Of a stretch of 64,000 nt of DNA, positions 1 through 15,153 are shown piece by piece (position 1 is the stretch's first letter; each line of letters begins with the position of its first letter). The stretch is from the NCBI GenBank assembly GCA_951406725.2, contig OX597828.1:69564001-69628000 (forward strand), written 5' to 3'. The notes under the pieces were generated by a model. It ran no database searches. It had not been told where the DNA came from and worked only from the letters and a program-made list of their open reading frames with translations. Origin of the DNA: Octopus vulgaris. Its lineage: Eukaryota. The translations under genes and the position numbers were made by a program.

Positions 1-784
1 AGAAAGAAAGAAAGAAAGAAAGAGTCTGACACAGTGACAAATAGGTAAATAAATGAATAGGCAGATATTGACAGGAAATATATGTAGAAAGTGTCTGTCA
101 ATGTTTAGTTGACCAACGGACAGTGTGTAGGCATTGACTGGATACACGGTGAATGGACAATGACCGGTTGGATAGATGCAGTGTGTAGGGGTTTAGATAG
201 ATGCCATATATAATTGTTGATTTGGAGAGATAAACACAGTGTGTAGCTTTCGACCAAATGGACAGTATAAAGATGAATTGACGGGATATATAGACACAGC
301 ATGTAGAAACGTTGGTTGGATGTGTGGACACTGTGTGGAGGTGACAGACACTCCGTCATTTACAATGACAATATTTCCAGCTGATCTGATCCTCAGAACA
401 GCCTGCACGTGAAATTAACATGCAAGAGGCTGAGCACTCCACAGACATGTGTCCCCTTGATGTACTTGTCTGGGATATTCAACAGAATGTGACAAGGCTG
501 GCCCCTTTGAATTACTGGTAAAGTTCATTTTTGCCAGCCGAGTTGACTGAATCAACATCCAAAAAAGAGCCTTGCTCAAGGTCACAACACATTACCAGTA
601 ATTGAACTCATGACCTTATCAGCATAAGCTAAATTCCATAACAACTAAGCCAAGTGCTTTCCCTGTATTTAGATGTTGACTGGATTAAGAGAGGCTGTGT
701 GTCAATGTTGAGCGGAGAGTTAGACACAGAGTGTATGGGTTGACCCTATAAATAGAAACTGTGTGTAGATGTTGACTGTATATA

Positions 785-1016
785 TATTTCTTTATTGCCC
801 ACAAGGGGCTAAACATAGAGGGGACAAGCAAGGACAGACAAAAGGATTAAGTCGATTTCATCGACCCCCAGTGCGAAACTGGTACTTTATTTATCGACCC
901 CGAAAGGATGAAAGGCAAAGTTGACCTCAGCGGAATTTGAACTCAGAACGTAACGGCAGACGAAGTACCGCTAAGCATTTCACCCGGCGTCTAACGTTTC
1001 TACCAGCTCGCCGCCC
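785..1016 (-). mobile_element. SINE family A (tRNA-derived; gtcgactttgcctttcatcctttcggggtcgataaa core)
   Basis: A-box-like gagctggcagaa, B-box gagttcaaattcc, tail ...caataaagaaata. Other copies at 2850-3081, 5074-5300, 5341-5560, 6246-6475, 12195-12412, 24675-24885, 26430-26605, 42050-42480 and 52955-53385. Confidence 0.85.
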
Positions 1017-1045
1017 TTGACTGTATTATATACACATATCATGAC

Positions 1046-1520
1046 TGTCTCGCTCCCGTGCCAGTGACATGTAAAAGGCACCATCCAAGCATGGTCGAGG
1101 CCAGTACCGCCTGACTGGCTCCCATTCATGTGGTATGTAAGCAATACCATCCAAGCGTGGTCGATGCCAGTGCTGTCTGACTGGCTCCCATGCTGGTGGC
1201 ACGTAAAATGCACCAGTCGAGCATGGTTGTTGCCAGTGCCGCCTGACTGGCTTCCACACCAGTGCATGTAAAAAGCACCATTCAAGCTTGGTCACTGCTT
1301 GTACCACCTGACTGGCCCTCATGCTGGTAACATGTAAAAAGCACCCCTACACTCTCAGAGTTGTTGGTGTTAGGAAAGACACTCAGCTGTAGAAACTTTG
1401 CCAGATCAGATTGGAGCCTGGTGTGGCCTTCTGGCTCACTAGCCCTCAATCAAACCATCCAACCCATGCCAGCATGGAAAGTGGATATCAAATAATGCTG
1501 ATGATGATCATGATGATGAT
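1046..1520 (+). mobile_element. SINE family C (ggttggcgttaggaagggcatccagctgtagaaac domain, (GAT)n tail) with ~58 bp tandem units
   Basis: About five ctgactggctcc...gtaaaaagcacc units upstream of the domain. Relatives at 5648-5995, 11680-11945, 15930-16210, 20745-20955, 25155-25400, 27970-28200, 36400-36600, 56155-56570 and 59030-59265. Confidence 0.8.
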
Positions 1521-1595
1521 GATGTTGATATTGACTGGATTCACACAGTGTGTAGATATTGGTTGGATTGGCAGAACAACTGTGTAGATGTTGAC

Positions 1596-1662
<67 letters not shown>

Positions 1663-2797
1663 GTATGTATATATGTATGTATGTATAGATAGACCAGTAT
1701 GTAGACATAGACTTAACAGTGTCTACAAATCCTTGTCCTGTTGTTCTTAACAATATTCAGATTAAATTCAACTAAATAAGTGACCCCCTACTTGCAGAAG
1801 CAAACTGCCCTTCCTACCACATCTCACCTTATCAACCCCCAGAGCAGATAAAAAGTTAAATTTGACCTTGATATAACATCACCCCCACTCCCACCCCATC
1901 CCACTAATGTATCCCCCCACCCTGGCTCCAACCCGAGGAGGTATGTTAAAATAGCGGAAGTTACAATGCTATTAATATGAAGTACTTGACTTACGAACAA
2001 CAAATACCCCACCACTTGGCACTGTGGGGTGGGCTGTGGCGTTTGGATCCACCCAAAGACTTACACAACATTAAGTTAGACGGCTAAATATAGACTTCAC
2101 TGTTCTTCCCTCATTTATGATCCATGTGCTTAACTGGTGGTGCTGGTGGTTGTGGTGGTGGTGGTGGTGGTGGTGGTTGTGATGGTGGTGGTGATGGTGG
2201 TAGTGGTGATGGTAACTGTAGTAGAGGTGGTAGTGGTGGTGGTGGTGGTAATGATGTTGGTGTTGATGGTGCGGGTGATAGTAGTGGTGGTGATGGTAGT
2301 GGTGGTGGCGGTGGCGGCGGTGCCTTCTTATTTATGTGCCTTTGATGGAATTATGCAACCAGTGATGCCATCAGTAGTACTACTACCGCTGCAGCCACTT
2401 GCAGCTCAACCACCATTATCACCATGACCACCACCGCAAATAGAAAAACTACGATCATCATTATGACCTCCACCCAAATCATAGATACGCACGTACACAC
2501 CCACAAACTTACATGCATACACAGATGCATGCACGCGTGCACACATGCGTGCATACATACATAGGCATTCAAATACATTTGCATGCATAGACATACATGC
2601 AAAAAGATGCACATTTACACATGCAGACATGCATACAATAGCATACACACATTTGTACACTCAACCATGTTGACATACACATGTGCATACTCATATTCGC
2701 ATACTTAGACACATTAACATACATACATACACACGTACATACAATTACACATATATGCACACATATACATATACATATATTTACATATCAACATTCT

Positions 2798-2840
<43 letters not shown>

Positions 2841-3929
2841 TCATATATATATTTCTTTATTGCTCACAAGGGGCTAAACATAGAGGGGACAAACAAAGAC
2901 AGACAAAGGGATTAAGTCGATTATATCGCCCCCAGTGCATAACTGGTACTTTATTTATCGACCTCGAAAGGATGAAAGGCAAAGTCAACCTCGGCGGAAT
3001 TTGAACTCAGAACGTAACGGCAGACGAAATACGGCTAAGCATTTCGGCCGGCGTGCTACCGATTCTGCCGGCTCACCACCTTATATAGCCTAGCTCTTGG
3101 CTTGTTATAATGACAAATGTTCCACCTGATCCGATCAACAGAACATTAGCTCGTGAAATTAAGATGCAAGTGGCTGAGTACTCCACAGACATGGGTACCC
3201 TTAACAAAGTTCTCAAGGAGATTGAACAAGACACAGAATGTCACAAAGCTGGCCCCTTTTGAATTACGGGTACCCCTCATTTTTTGCCAGATGAGTTGAG
3301 TGGAACAATTGGAAATAAAGGGTCTTGCTCAAGAACACAATATGTTGTTGGAAATCGAACTCATAACAGGATCATGAGCTGAGTATGCCAGACACGGGGC
3401 CTAGAGCCTTCACATTCATTCATATATACTTACACACTCATACATTTATACATACATATAGACACATAAATTCATACATACGCATGATACATTGAAGCAT
3501 TCATGGATATATACACATAGATACACACATATAGTAACACACACACATATATACATATAAACATACATGCACACACTCGCCTATTCACCCTCTACACACA
3601 CACACACACTCCTACATAATCACACAAACACACATACACCCTCCTTCACTTACTCACACACACACACACACACACACTCACACACACACACACACTCTCA
3701 CACATTCATACACACAGATAAAGTGTAGAATCGGTAGAGCATCAGTTACATTACCCTGTGGTATTTGTTCCAGCTGTCTGCATTCTGTGTTCAGTTCCAG
3801 TTGAACCCAGCTCTGCCTTTCATCCCTTCAAGACTGATAAGAAAAACGACCAACTCAGAACGATTTATTGGTTGCATTCTATAAACAACTTTGGCTCCGA
3901 TTCCTTCCAGTATTCTTCTGACTCTGAGT

Positions 3930-4159
3930 TTAACCCTTTACCATTCCAGATTAGTCTGTCAAATGTTCTGATTATTTATTCCCATCTCTTTGAATTAATC
4001 ATTCATTATCTCACAGTTTTAAGATTTCATCGATGTGAGTGTTTACTTCTAGAATGACATTGTAGGGTGTGTGTGAGAGGCTGGATCTGGCCAGCTTGAA
4101 CATAAAAGCAGGTGGAATATTTTGGCCAGATATGACTGGATTAAATGCCCAAGGATTAA
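3930..4159. mobile_element. piggyBac-type MITE (TTAA target)
   Basis: Reads ttaa-cccttta ... aagga-ttaa and interrupts a SINE B-box remnant. Confidence 0.6.
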
Positions 4160-5578
4160 ATCGTACTGAGGATTTAATCTGAGAGGTTCTTAAATAAAAG
4201 TACCAAATCCAGACAATGGAATCAGTGGATCTGTAAAAACATCACATTGAATGCCTTGTGGTGTTTGTTCCAGCCCCTTGTGTTCTGAGTTCAAATCTCA
4301 CAGTGGGCTACTTGCATGGTAGCCTTCATCCATTGCCCAGTTTAACACCACCCTCTGGCATGTTGGGTTTTTTGGGGACCTTTAACTGCATTCAGGTCAA
4401 GTCCCTGGTTTAAGCCTCCTATCCCCTCCACCCCCCACACCCTTTACCAGTTTCAGAAGCCCTTTAAAGGATTATGGCTGCTACTTTCCCTTTCAATTAA
4501 AAGATGAAAAAGTTCCACTTTATTAAATGATACAAAGCCATGAAAGCAACACACTCCAGTTTCTGGCCCACAACCATGCTGTGTCCACTCTCTCACTTTT
4601 CTACCACTACTACAATGGCTTCTGCTTTGTGGCCCTAACTGGTCATATGTCACCTTAATTCAGGCATAAATCTGTCTCTGGGCCCTCTTCCTCTCATTAT
4701 CCATTTTATGTTCATCTTACCTGTTTCCAGCTCCCCACCATACACACAAACCAGTATCTCAGTCCTTCTTCCACACAAACCAGTATCCCAGTCCTTCTTC
4801 CACACAATGTTTCTTCCTTCTGGAATATTTTCTCTCTACATGTTTTTACTCCAATATCAGATTGCAATTGTTTGAGAAGAATGTGAACAACTAGGGTCCA
4901 TGGATGGGTTACAGGGGTTAAGAGCACTCCCTGCTTTATCTGGTTGGCAAAAAAAAATGAGAAAAAATACACAGTAAATATCACACACCTACACACATGT
5001 ACACACACATACAAAGAGTAAGTTACAAGGTACTCACAGTAACATACACACACAGTATAGCTGCATTGTTGCAGGCGGTGGCGAGGAGCTGGCAGAATCG
5101 TTAGCACACCAGACGAAATGCTTAGCGATATTTCATCTGTCTTTACGTTCTGAGTTCAAATTCCACTGAGGTTGACTTTGCTTTTCATCCTTTCATGGTT
5201 GATAAATTAAGTACCAGTTGCGTACAGGGGTCGATCTGATCAACTGACCACCCCCTCCCCAAAAAATTTTGGGCTTTGTGTCTAGAGTAGAAAAGAATAT
5301 ACCTGCATTCACTATCCACCCACTAATTTATTCGTACACAAGGTAGCAAGCTGGTAGGCTCGTTAGCATGCTGCGCAAAATGCTTAATTGCATTTTGTTC
5401 CTCTTTCTGTTCTTGGTTCAAATTCCACAGAGTCTGACTTTTGCCTTTCATCCTTTCAGGGATTAGTGAAATAAGGACCACTTGAACATTGGGGGGTCGA
5501 CGTAATCAGTTTACTCCCCACCACCCCGAAATTGCTGGCGTTGTACCAAAATTTGAAACCTATCTATGTGTATGTATG

Positions 5579-5651
<73 letters not shown>

Positions 5652-6037
5652 CGTAAAAAGCACCCACTACACTCTGGAGTGGTTGGCATTAGGAAGGGCA
5701 TCCAGTTGTAGAAACTCTGCCAGATCAGACTGGAGCCTGGTGCGGCTGCCTGGTTTGCCATCTCTCAGTCAAATCGTTGCCATCTCTCATGATACATACA
5801 TACATACATACATACATATACATACAAATACATATATGTGTCCACACTCTGGAGTGGTTGGCATAGGAAGGGCATCCAGTTGTAGAAACTCTGCCAGATC
5901 AGGAGCCTGGTGCGGCTGCCTGGTTTGCCATCTCTCAGTCAAAAGTCCAACCCATGCTAGCATGGAAAGCAGACATTAAACGATGATGATGATGATACAT
6001 ACATACATACATACATACATATACATACATACATACA

Positions 6038-6106
<69 letters not shown>

Positions 6107-6663
6107 GTTAAGGCAAGACAAACATCTCAAGTCATATATGTTATTATTATCAGCTATGAGCTTGGATCCCTGGTAATCCATACTTAGTCATTTAGATCGA
6201 CTGTGAACTGAACCCCACCGGATTTTGTATGTGTATTTATATATATATTTCTTTATTGCCGACAGGGGGCCTAAACACAGAGGGGACAAAGAAGGACAAA
6301 CAAAGGGTTTAAGTCAATTACATCGACTCCAGTGCATAACTGGTACTTATTTAATTGACCCTGAAAAGATGAAAAGCAAAGTCAGCCTCAGCTGAATTTG
6401 AACTCAGAATGTAGTGGCAGACGAAATACTATTAAGCATTTTGCACGGTGTGCTAATGATTCTGCCAGCTCCCTGCTCTTATGTCATGTATATATATATA
6501 TATATATATATATCCGTTTTGTCCGTTGCCATATACATATGGCACGCAAAGCACCATGCCAGCCTCGGCTGGCCCCCGTGCCGGTGACACGTAAAGCACC
6601 GTCCGTTCGTGGCCGTTTGCCAGCTCTGTCTGACCCCGTGTCGGTATAAAAGCACCATGCCAT

Positions 6664-6701
<38 letters not shown>

Positions 6702-6823
6702 AACCATCCAACCCATGCTATGTATGTATGTATGTATGTATGTATACATAGGTATATATATATAGAGAGATAGATAGATAGATAGACAGACAGGCAGGCA
6801 GGCAGGCAGACAGACAGACAGAC

Positions 6824-6922
<99 letters not shown>

Positions 6923-6961
6923 AAGATAGATACATAGATAGAGTGGTAGATAGATAGATAA

Positions 6962-7146
6962 GAGGGGGTGCTGAAAAGTTCCTGGCTTTAAGGGTATCAT
7001 GAAAGGCCTTTAAAGGGCTTAGAAAAACTGAAGGATCACTGCAATAAGTGTGTGAATCTGATAAGGGAATACTTTGAACAAAATCATAATTAACTGATTC
7101 TCCTCTATTTTCTTAATCCCAAAGCTAGGAACTTTTCAATGCCTCC
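6962..7146 (+). mobile_element. Mariner-derived MITE
   Basis: TIRs tgaaaagttcctggcttt / aaagctaggaacttttca. Internal KGLEKLKDHCNKCVNLIREYFE resembles the mariner transposase C-terminus. Confidence 0.75.
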
Positions 7147-8447
7147 ACCCCTTGAGTGTGTGTGTGTGTGTGTGTGCAAATAGTACCCCCCCCACGCACA
7201 CATATTTCTAGAAACCCAAGCAGTGGTCACATGACTCAGATTTTCTGGGGAAATTAAAATTACTTAATTCCTTAAATATATTGGATTCTTAATTCTAATC
7301 ACCCTACACCACCACTTCTCTTAAGCTGCATTGCACTCCACCCCCACCACCACATACCACCGTACGCCACCCCCATATATCTTCACATACCATCACATAC
7401 CATCACGTACCACCACGCCCCCCCCTCCCATGCACCACCACATACCACACATAGTCACATACCACTGAATACCATAACTCCCCACCATTCGCAACAAGGG
7501 AGCATCTATCTGGTCGTTGACCTGCTAGAAATAGCAGCCAGAATCCCCCACTCTGAACACCCGACCCTCTTAGAAAAGAATAATGCATTAAGTTACTTGC
7601 AGATTGGAAAATGAAACAGCTTTGATCACAGGTCTTTTTCCATCAGGCCTCACCTGGGCTTGAACACCTACAACATCAATGACACTATTTCTTCCTCTTA
7701 AGGCAGAGAAACAAACATGAAACAAAAATGTCATCGTCATCGTCATCATATTAATCTCCACTCTCCCAAACTGGCAAGGGTCAAATGGAATTTGTTGTGG
7801 CAGATTTCTACAGGTAGATGCCCTTCCTGTTTGCTAACCCTTACCCTTTTTCCTCTCAAGCCAGATATGTTTACCATGGAAGATTGGAAAGAAATGTTGT
7901 GCATTTTCAACAATCCTGTAACGCAGACACAGACACACAGACAGACATGCGTGCGCACGGGCATGCCACAGGCACATATTTCTACATTGGGCTTCTTTCA
8001 GTTTCCATCTACCAAACCTATTCTCAAGGATTTGGTTGACCTGGAATAATAATAGAAGGCACTTACCAAAAGTACCATGCAACAGGATTGAACCTAAAAC
8101 CACACTGTGAAGAATCAATCTCCTTAACCACTCATCCATGCCTGTGTCACTCACTGATAGAATTAATTAATATCATTAGCTCCAAATACTGGTGAGATAT
8201 ACTACCACAAGTGATTAATGGGTCCACCTGGCCTACCTCTTCTGATAAAATGAATAGAAAGCACCATGGCATCAATTGTTTCAGGTGTTGATTGATAATA
8301 CACCAGATCAATAATATATCAGTGATCAGAGCAACATCATCTTCACCTCTACCACCTTCGTCCCATGACCCCGAAGTATTGCAACAATGAGGGGAGTTTT
8401 TCACTGCACTGGATTTGGCAGCCAGGGACCCTATCCACTTCCTAAGG

Positions 8448-8761
8448 CATAGGTTCTCAAAGTGGGTGCTACTGCCCCCCCCCCCCCTTCCTGGTAGGCA
8501 TTGAGATGGTCCAGGTGGGTACTGGTGCCTCAGGGGGAAGTAGAGGAAAAAGAGGCGTTGGGGGACGCTATGAATTTATTATAATATTACTATAGTATTT
8601 TATACAAATTATATAATATCAAATATCAAATGATTCATAGTATATATAAATTAGTAAAATATAAAATATTTATTTATACATAAAAATAGGGGTGGGGACA
8701 CCAAGTGTATTATGTGGCCACGAGGAGGAGGGCAGTGGCTCAAAAAGTTTGAGAACCTCTG
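8448..8761. mobile_element. hAT-type MITE with perfect 8-bp TSD
   Basis: TIRs cataggttctcaaa / tttgagaacctctg, with TSD tcctaagg at 8440-8447 and 8762-8769. Confidence 0.85.
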
Positions 8762-9256
8762 TCCTAAGGTATCCATCCACTGGGTGTTGCCTTCATCCAC
8801 TGTAATTTAGCATTAAAAAAATTGTCATTGAGAGCTGAAATGAGCTTTGGTCATTTATTAAGACTAATCACAGTGACTTGAACCAACAGAATCACAAAAA
8901 TTGAGTGGACTGAGAAGAAAGTGCAGCCTGGTCAAGAAGGCAGCATGGTCAAGAAGGCAGCATGGTCAAGAAGGCAGGCATGGTTTTGTAGTTAAGAAGC
9001 TGGCTTCCTAACGACAACGGTTTGGATTCAGTTCCACTACATGACCACTATGGCATGACTTCTTGTCCAACCAAAGCCTTGTATGAAGGGATCTGGTTAA
9101 GGGAAACTGAAAGAAGCCCACCATGTGTATGTGTGTGTATGTGTGTGTGTGTGTGTGTGTATATATATACACACACACATATATATATATTGAGATGAGA
9201 GAATAGATGTTTATGCCATTTGTTTGCTGTTGTTTCATCACATTTATATCTAAATG

Positions 9257-9317
<61 letters not shown>

Positions 9318-10723
9318 ATATATATATAAATAATATGTTTCCATGGATCAGAGAAAGTTTATTGAGGTAGACTTTCCATGGCCAGATGTCTTTCCTGTTA
9401 ATAACCTTTACCTGTTTCCAATCAAGGTAATATTATTTCCCCAGTGGCCAGATGCGTTTTCACAAAATATTGGAAATGAATCACAAGAATCTTGTGACGT
9501 CAAGACAAGGAGACACAAACGACACACGTACACAAACATACATACAATCGTATCACACACACACACACATGCACACGTATGATGGGCTTCTTTCAGTTTC
9601 TGTCTATCAAATCCACATGCAAGGTTTGGTTGGATGAAGACTATAGTAGAAGAGACTTACCCAAGGTGCCACACAGTGGGACTGAACTCAAGACCACATG
9701 GTTGGGAAGCAATGTCTTAACCACACAGCCATGCTGGCACCTGTGTTCTTATACCTTCCAAAAAAGACAGGACAGGATGGTCATGCTTGGAACATATTTG
9801 GTTATGTTTCTGCTCAATCAGAATTGCTTAGTTGTTAAACAACAACAACTAAATGCCATTCCAGTTTGTGTATTTAGTACCAAAATCTGTTTTGAAATAG
9901 TGATACTTAGTTAACTTCCGTTATTAATACTTAACCAGCCTACACGAGGATTTGATCCTGGTCTGACCTCCCTACAGCATTAATGTCAGGAAGTCAACAG
10001 ATTGAATGAATACATTTCTATTTACATATGTTAAGCACCAGATTATTCTAGATGTTTAAATTAAGTATTACAGATATGTGCACGTCATATACTTGTATTA
10101 TTAATCATCTCTTAATATATTTTATTAATGCAACACATTCGTTAAACACCAATATCTTTTACATGTTTAAATTATACGTTATAGATAAGTGTACGTCGTA
10201 TATTTTATTCATAACCTCATGTTGCTTTGCTGTTCTCATAAAATATATATTTCTATGTGGTAGTATTTTTCTGAAATATTAATTATTACTGAAACCTTAT
10301 AATTAAGATAGTTTCTATATCAGGTTTTGAATGTATATATACAAGTGTCTGTGTGTCTGTGTGCGTGTGTATATGATTTATCGTGTTCATCTGGCTTAGA
10401 TTTTAATTTGTAACTGGTTGAAATAATAAACTTTTGAGATTGTCACCCTCAGGTTCGAGTGGCAGGCAAAGTACCTATATCCTCTGTAAAGACCTTATCT
10501 TTAAAGGTTTATGTTATTTACGCTGTTGCAGTTGTTGTTGTTGTTGTTGTTCTTGCAGTTGTTGGTGCTGTTGTTGTTGTTGCTGTTGCCTTTGGTAACC
10601 AACTGTTTCAATAAATGGAGATTCTGGCTGGGAAACATTCTCAGTGCTCTTGCACTTTGTACTTTCACCAATTAAAAGTTTTTCCAGGTCTGTTGATATA
10701 ATAGAACTCAGTGTGTGTGTGTG

Positions 10724-10766
<43 letters not shown>

Positions 10767-10803
10767 TTACTAACACACATGTATATACACGTGTGTGTAT
10801 CTG

Positions 10804-10919
<116 letters not shown>

Positions 10920-10961
10920 TCTATATATCTATCTATCTATCATCTCTCTCTCTCTCTCTCC

Positions 10962-10992
<31 letters not shown>

Positions 10993-11002
10993 CCTCTCTC
11001 CT

Positions 11003-11061
<59 letters not shown>

Positions 11062-11063
<2 letters not shown>

Positions 11064-11373
11064 AGACGCAATGGCCCAATGGTTAGGGCAGCAGACTCGC
11101 GGTTGTAGGATCACGGTTTTGATTCCCAGACCGGGCGTTGTGAGTGTTTATTGAGCGAAAACAACTAAAGCTCCATGAAGCTCCGGCAGGGGGTGGTGGC
11201 GATCCCTGCTGTACTCTTTCGCCACAACTTTCTCGCACTCTTTCTTCTGTTGGCCTGCTCGCTTAGCCAGTGGGGTGGCGTCATTGAAGGCTTTTAAAAC
11301 AATGCGAAGCGCATTGTGACCAGCGATGTGTGTAGCAACATCTGATGACCTGGTCGGTCACGTGATCACGTGA
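11062..11373 (+). mobile_element. SINE family D (tRNA-Arg-like head), tail type 1
   Basis: A box tggcccaatggtt, B box ggttttgattccc; ends tcacgtgatcacgtga. Confidence 0.8.
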
Positions 11374-11942
11374 TATATTATATAGATACAGATATATATA
11401 TACACGGTGATCCCTTGACTGTTGCGAATGTTACGTTCCAACTGCCCCCCCCCCTATATTATAGGTAAAAATCCGCAAAGTAGAAACAGTATTGTACTTT
11501 ATTCTTTTGTTCTTCTATTCTTTTATTTGTTTCAGTCATTTGACTGCGGCCATGCTGGAGCACCGCCTTCCGTCGAACAAATCAACCCTAACATCCATTG
11601 TCAAGTGATGTTGGGAGGACAAACAGACACACATATATCTGGCCAGTATATAATATATAATATCATATATATATATATAATGTCGTTGCCAGTGCCACCT
11701 GAGTGTCTCCCGTGCCGGTGGCACATAAAAAGCACCATTCGATCATGGTTGTTGTCAGTGCCGCCTGACTGGCTCCCATGCCAGTGGCATGTAAAAAGCA
11801 CCCACTACACTCTCGGAGTGGTTGGCGTTAGGAAGGGCATCCAGCTGAAGAAACTTTGCCAGATCAGATTGGAGCCAGTCCTCAGTCAAACCTTGCAACC
11901 CATGCCAGCATGGAAAGCGGATGATAATGACGATGATGATGA

Positions 11943-12017
<75 letters not shown>

Positions 12018-12668
12018 ACAGGCTTCTTTCAGTTTCCCTCTACCAAATCCACTTACAAGGCTTTGGTTAGCTCATTCATGCATAAGTGTATGCATATGTG
12101 TTGTGTGTGTGTGTGTGTGTATCAATTCCATTTGAGTTTTCACCATGGAGTTTGCTTTATAAAGCTTGTCCGCAGGTATCGGCTATCATCACACAATCAA
12201 TTTCAAATTTTGGCACAAGGCCAGCAATTTCAGGGGAAGAGGTAAGTCAGTTGCATCGACCCTCAGTACTCAACTAATGCTTACTTTATCGACCAAGGAG
12301 GGGTTTAAAGCAAAGTCAACCTCGGTTGTATTTGAACTCGAAATGTAAAGACGAAGAAAATACCAATAAGCTTTTTGCGCAGCATTCTAACGATTGTGCC
12401 AGCTTGCCGCCTTCTCACAGGTATTATTGTACAAAGAAAATGAATCACTTTACTGATGATTTCTAAATATCTGTAGAATTTCTATAAATATTAACAAGGA
12501 GAATCAAGTAAATCAGAGATGCTATTCTCCTGTAATACATTGTATTATATTTTGTATGTTATGTAATAATAATAATAATAATATTCCGTCGTAAAATTCT
12601 GGTAAAGTGTCGATAAAACAATTGTAGAATTATGCAAGAGAATGAATCGCTCACATCATTCTCCATGT

Positions 12669-12720
<52 letters not shown>

Positions 12721-12869
12721 TATATACATACATATATATATACACACACACGCACATATACATATATATATAAACATATATATATACACATGCATATACA
12801 TATATATATATGTATGTGTATGTACATATACATGTATTTGTGTATATATATATACACATATACCAATGG

Positions 12870-12903
<34 letters not shown>

Positions 12904-13201
12904 CATGTATGTATGTCTGTGTGTGGATGTATATAAATACACACACACATACACACATGTATTGTTAGTTGATATGTTGATTTGTTTAATGTCTGGCTTC
13001 TCATGCGAGCATGGCTTGGATGGGAAATCATGATTTTAAGACAGTAGTTTATAGTAGGGTGCTTTTCCTGTCACTAACCCTTCCCCTGGTTTTGAAATAA
13101 AGGGTCCTCATATTCCACAGGTTTCCAAAAGCACTGATAGATGTGTCACAATGTCAACCAGGAATGTCTCACACACACACATAAATATATGTGTATATGT
13201 A

Positions 13202-13268
<67 letters not shown>

Positions 13269-13572
13269 CTCTCTCTCTATATATATATGTGTGTGCGTAT
13301 AGATAGATAGATAGATAGATAGATAGTTAGAGGAGAGATATAAATGTCTAGGCAGATAACATGTTACTCTATGTAGAGTGCCAAGGCCGGTTTCTTCGGA
13401 CAAATTGCGCATAAATCCCTGCATATAAATATGCAGCAATAAGCAGTTGATACGATCGAAACACGTGTCGGACAATTATTATGAATAAACCAAGCAGAAC
13501 GTCTGGATGTTCAAATTCTTAATTTTCCTTATTCTCTATTTGTGTATATGTATGTATGTATGTAGGCATGCA

Positions 13573-13628
<56 letters not shown>

Positions 13629-13645
13629 GTATATATGTATGTATG

Positions 13646-13684
<39 letters not shown>

Positions 13685-13921
13685 ATATATATATATATGC
13701 GCATCTATATATATGTGCATGTATATATATATATGCATATATATATAGTTAGATAAATAGATACATATATATATTTATACATATATATATATATATATGT
13801 ATACATATATGTAGAGATATATATGTATAAATACATATATGTATGTATGTCTGTATGTATGTATATATGTATGTATGTATGTATGTATGTAGGCATGTGT
13901 GTATATATATATGTGTGTGTA

Positions 13922-13969
<48 letters not shown>

Positions 13970-14145
13970 TATATATATGTGCATCTATATATATGTGCAT
14001 GTATATATATGCATATATATATATAGTTAGATAGATACATACATACGTATATATATTTATACATATATATATATGTATACATATATGTAGAGATATATAT
14101 GTATAAATACATGTATGTATGTATGTATCTATCTATCTATCTATC

Positions 14146-14195
<50 letters not shown>

Positions 14196-14801
14196 TAACG
14201 TGTTGGTTTATGTCAGGCAACCTGGTTGGAGCTTAGTAAGAGAGCAGGGTGATGTCATTAATAGGATAGAGGTGGAGGGAGGGTGTTCTCCACCCTACAG
14301 ACTGGTGAAGGGGGAGGGGTGCAGCTAGCCTCAGAATAACAGAGGCACACTTTATTAGGAAGTCGGCACCTGACCTGAACCACCGCCTAATGAGCTGGGT
14401 GCATGGAAAGAACGTCTGCTGCTTCCAGGATCTGTAATTGCGAAAGAGTGGAAAACTAATCACCATCAGGAGAGTGCGGAAAATATGAATGCGGAAGTCT
14501 AATGAAGAACCTTCAGTTCACAAGTGCTCAGTGAATCAGCTACTCCACCCAGTAACAAGGCCCAGTCCAGCCACACACCACATGTCAGGGTAAACTGTCT
14601 AGCCTTCTACCTACATACCAAACCATCTATCTATCCACGTAGTAATCCCTCTATCTATCTATCTATCTATCTATCTATTTATCTATCTATCTATCTACCT
14701 ATCTGTCTGTTTGTCTGGCTGTCTGTCTCTCTCTCTATCTGTCTGTCTGTCTGTTTGTCTGACTGTCTGTTTGTCTGTCTGTCAGTCTATCTGTCAATCT
14801 A

Positions 14802-14845
<44 letters not shown>

Positions 14846-14881
14846 CCTATCTATCTATCTACCTATCTATCTATCAATGTG

Positions 14882-14951
<70 letters not shown>

Positions 14952-14981
14952 CGTCTGTCTGTCTGTTTGTCTGTCTGTCAA

Positions 14982-15015
<34 letters not shown>

Positions 15016-15120
15016 CCTCTCTCTATCTATCTATCTGTCTATCTGTCTGTTGTCTATCTGTCAATCTGTCTGTCTGTGTCTCTTTCTCTTTATTTATCTA
15101 TCTATCAGTCTATTTATCCC

Positions 15121-15153
<33 letters not shown>

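Noticed and set aside
11062-11140. Possible tRNA genes (also 43501 and 17770-17839)
   Set aside because: A/B boxes are present, but there is no proper acceptor stem and the sequence continues into SINE bodies.
11342-11360. CTGATGA as a hammerhead core (also 12453, 18392, 23239, 27011)
   Set aside because: No downstream stem II plus GAAA and no stem I pairing.
14195-14620. Complex GC-richer segment as a possible exon
   Set aside because: No convincing ORF or splice sites. It is probably a decayed retroelement fragment that I cannot classify.
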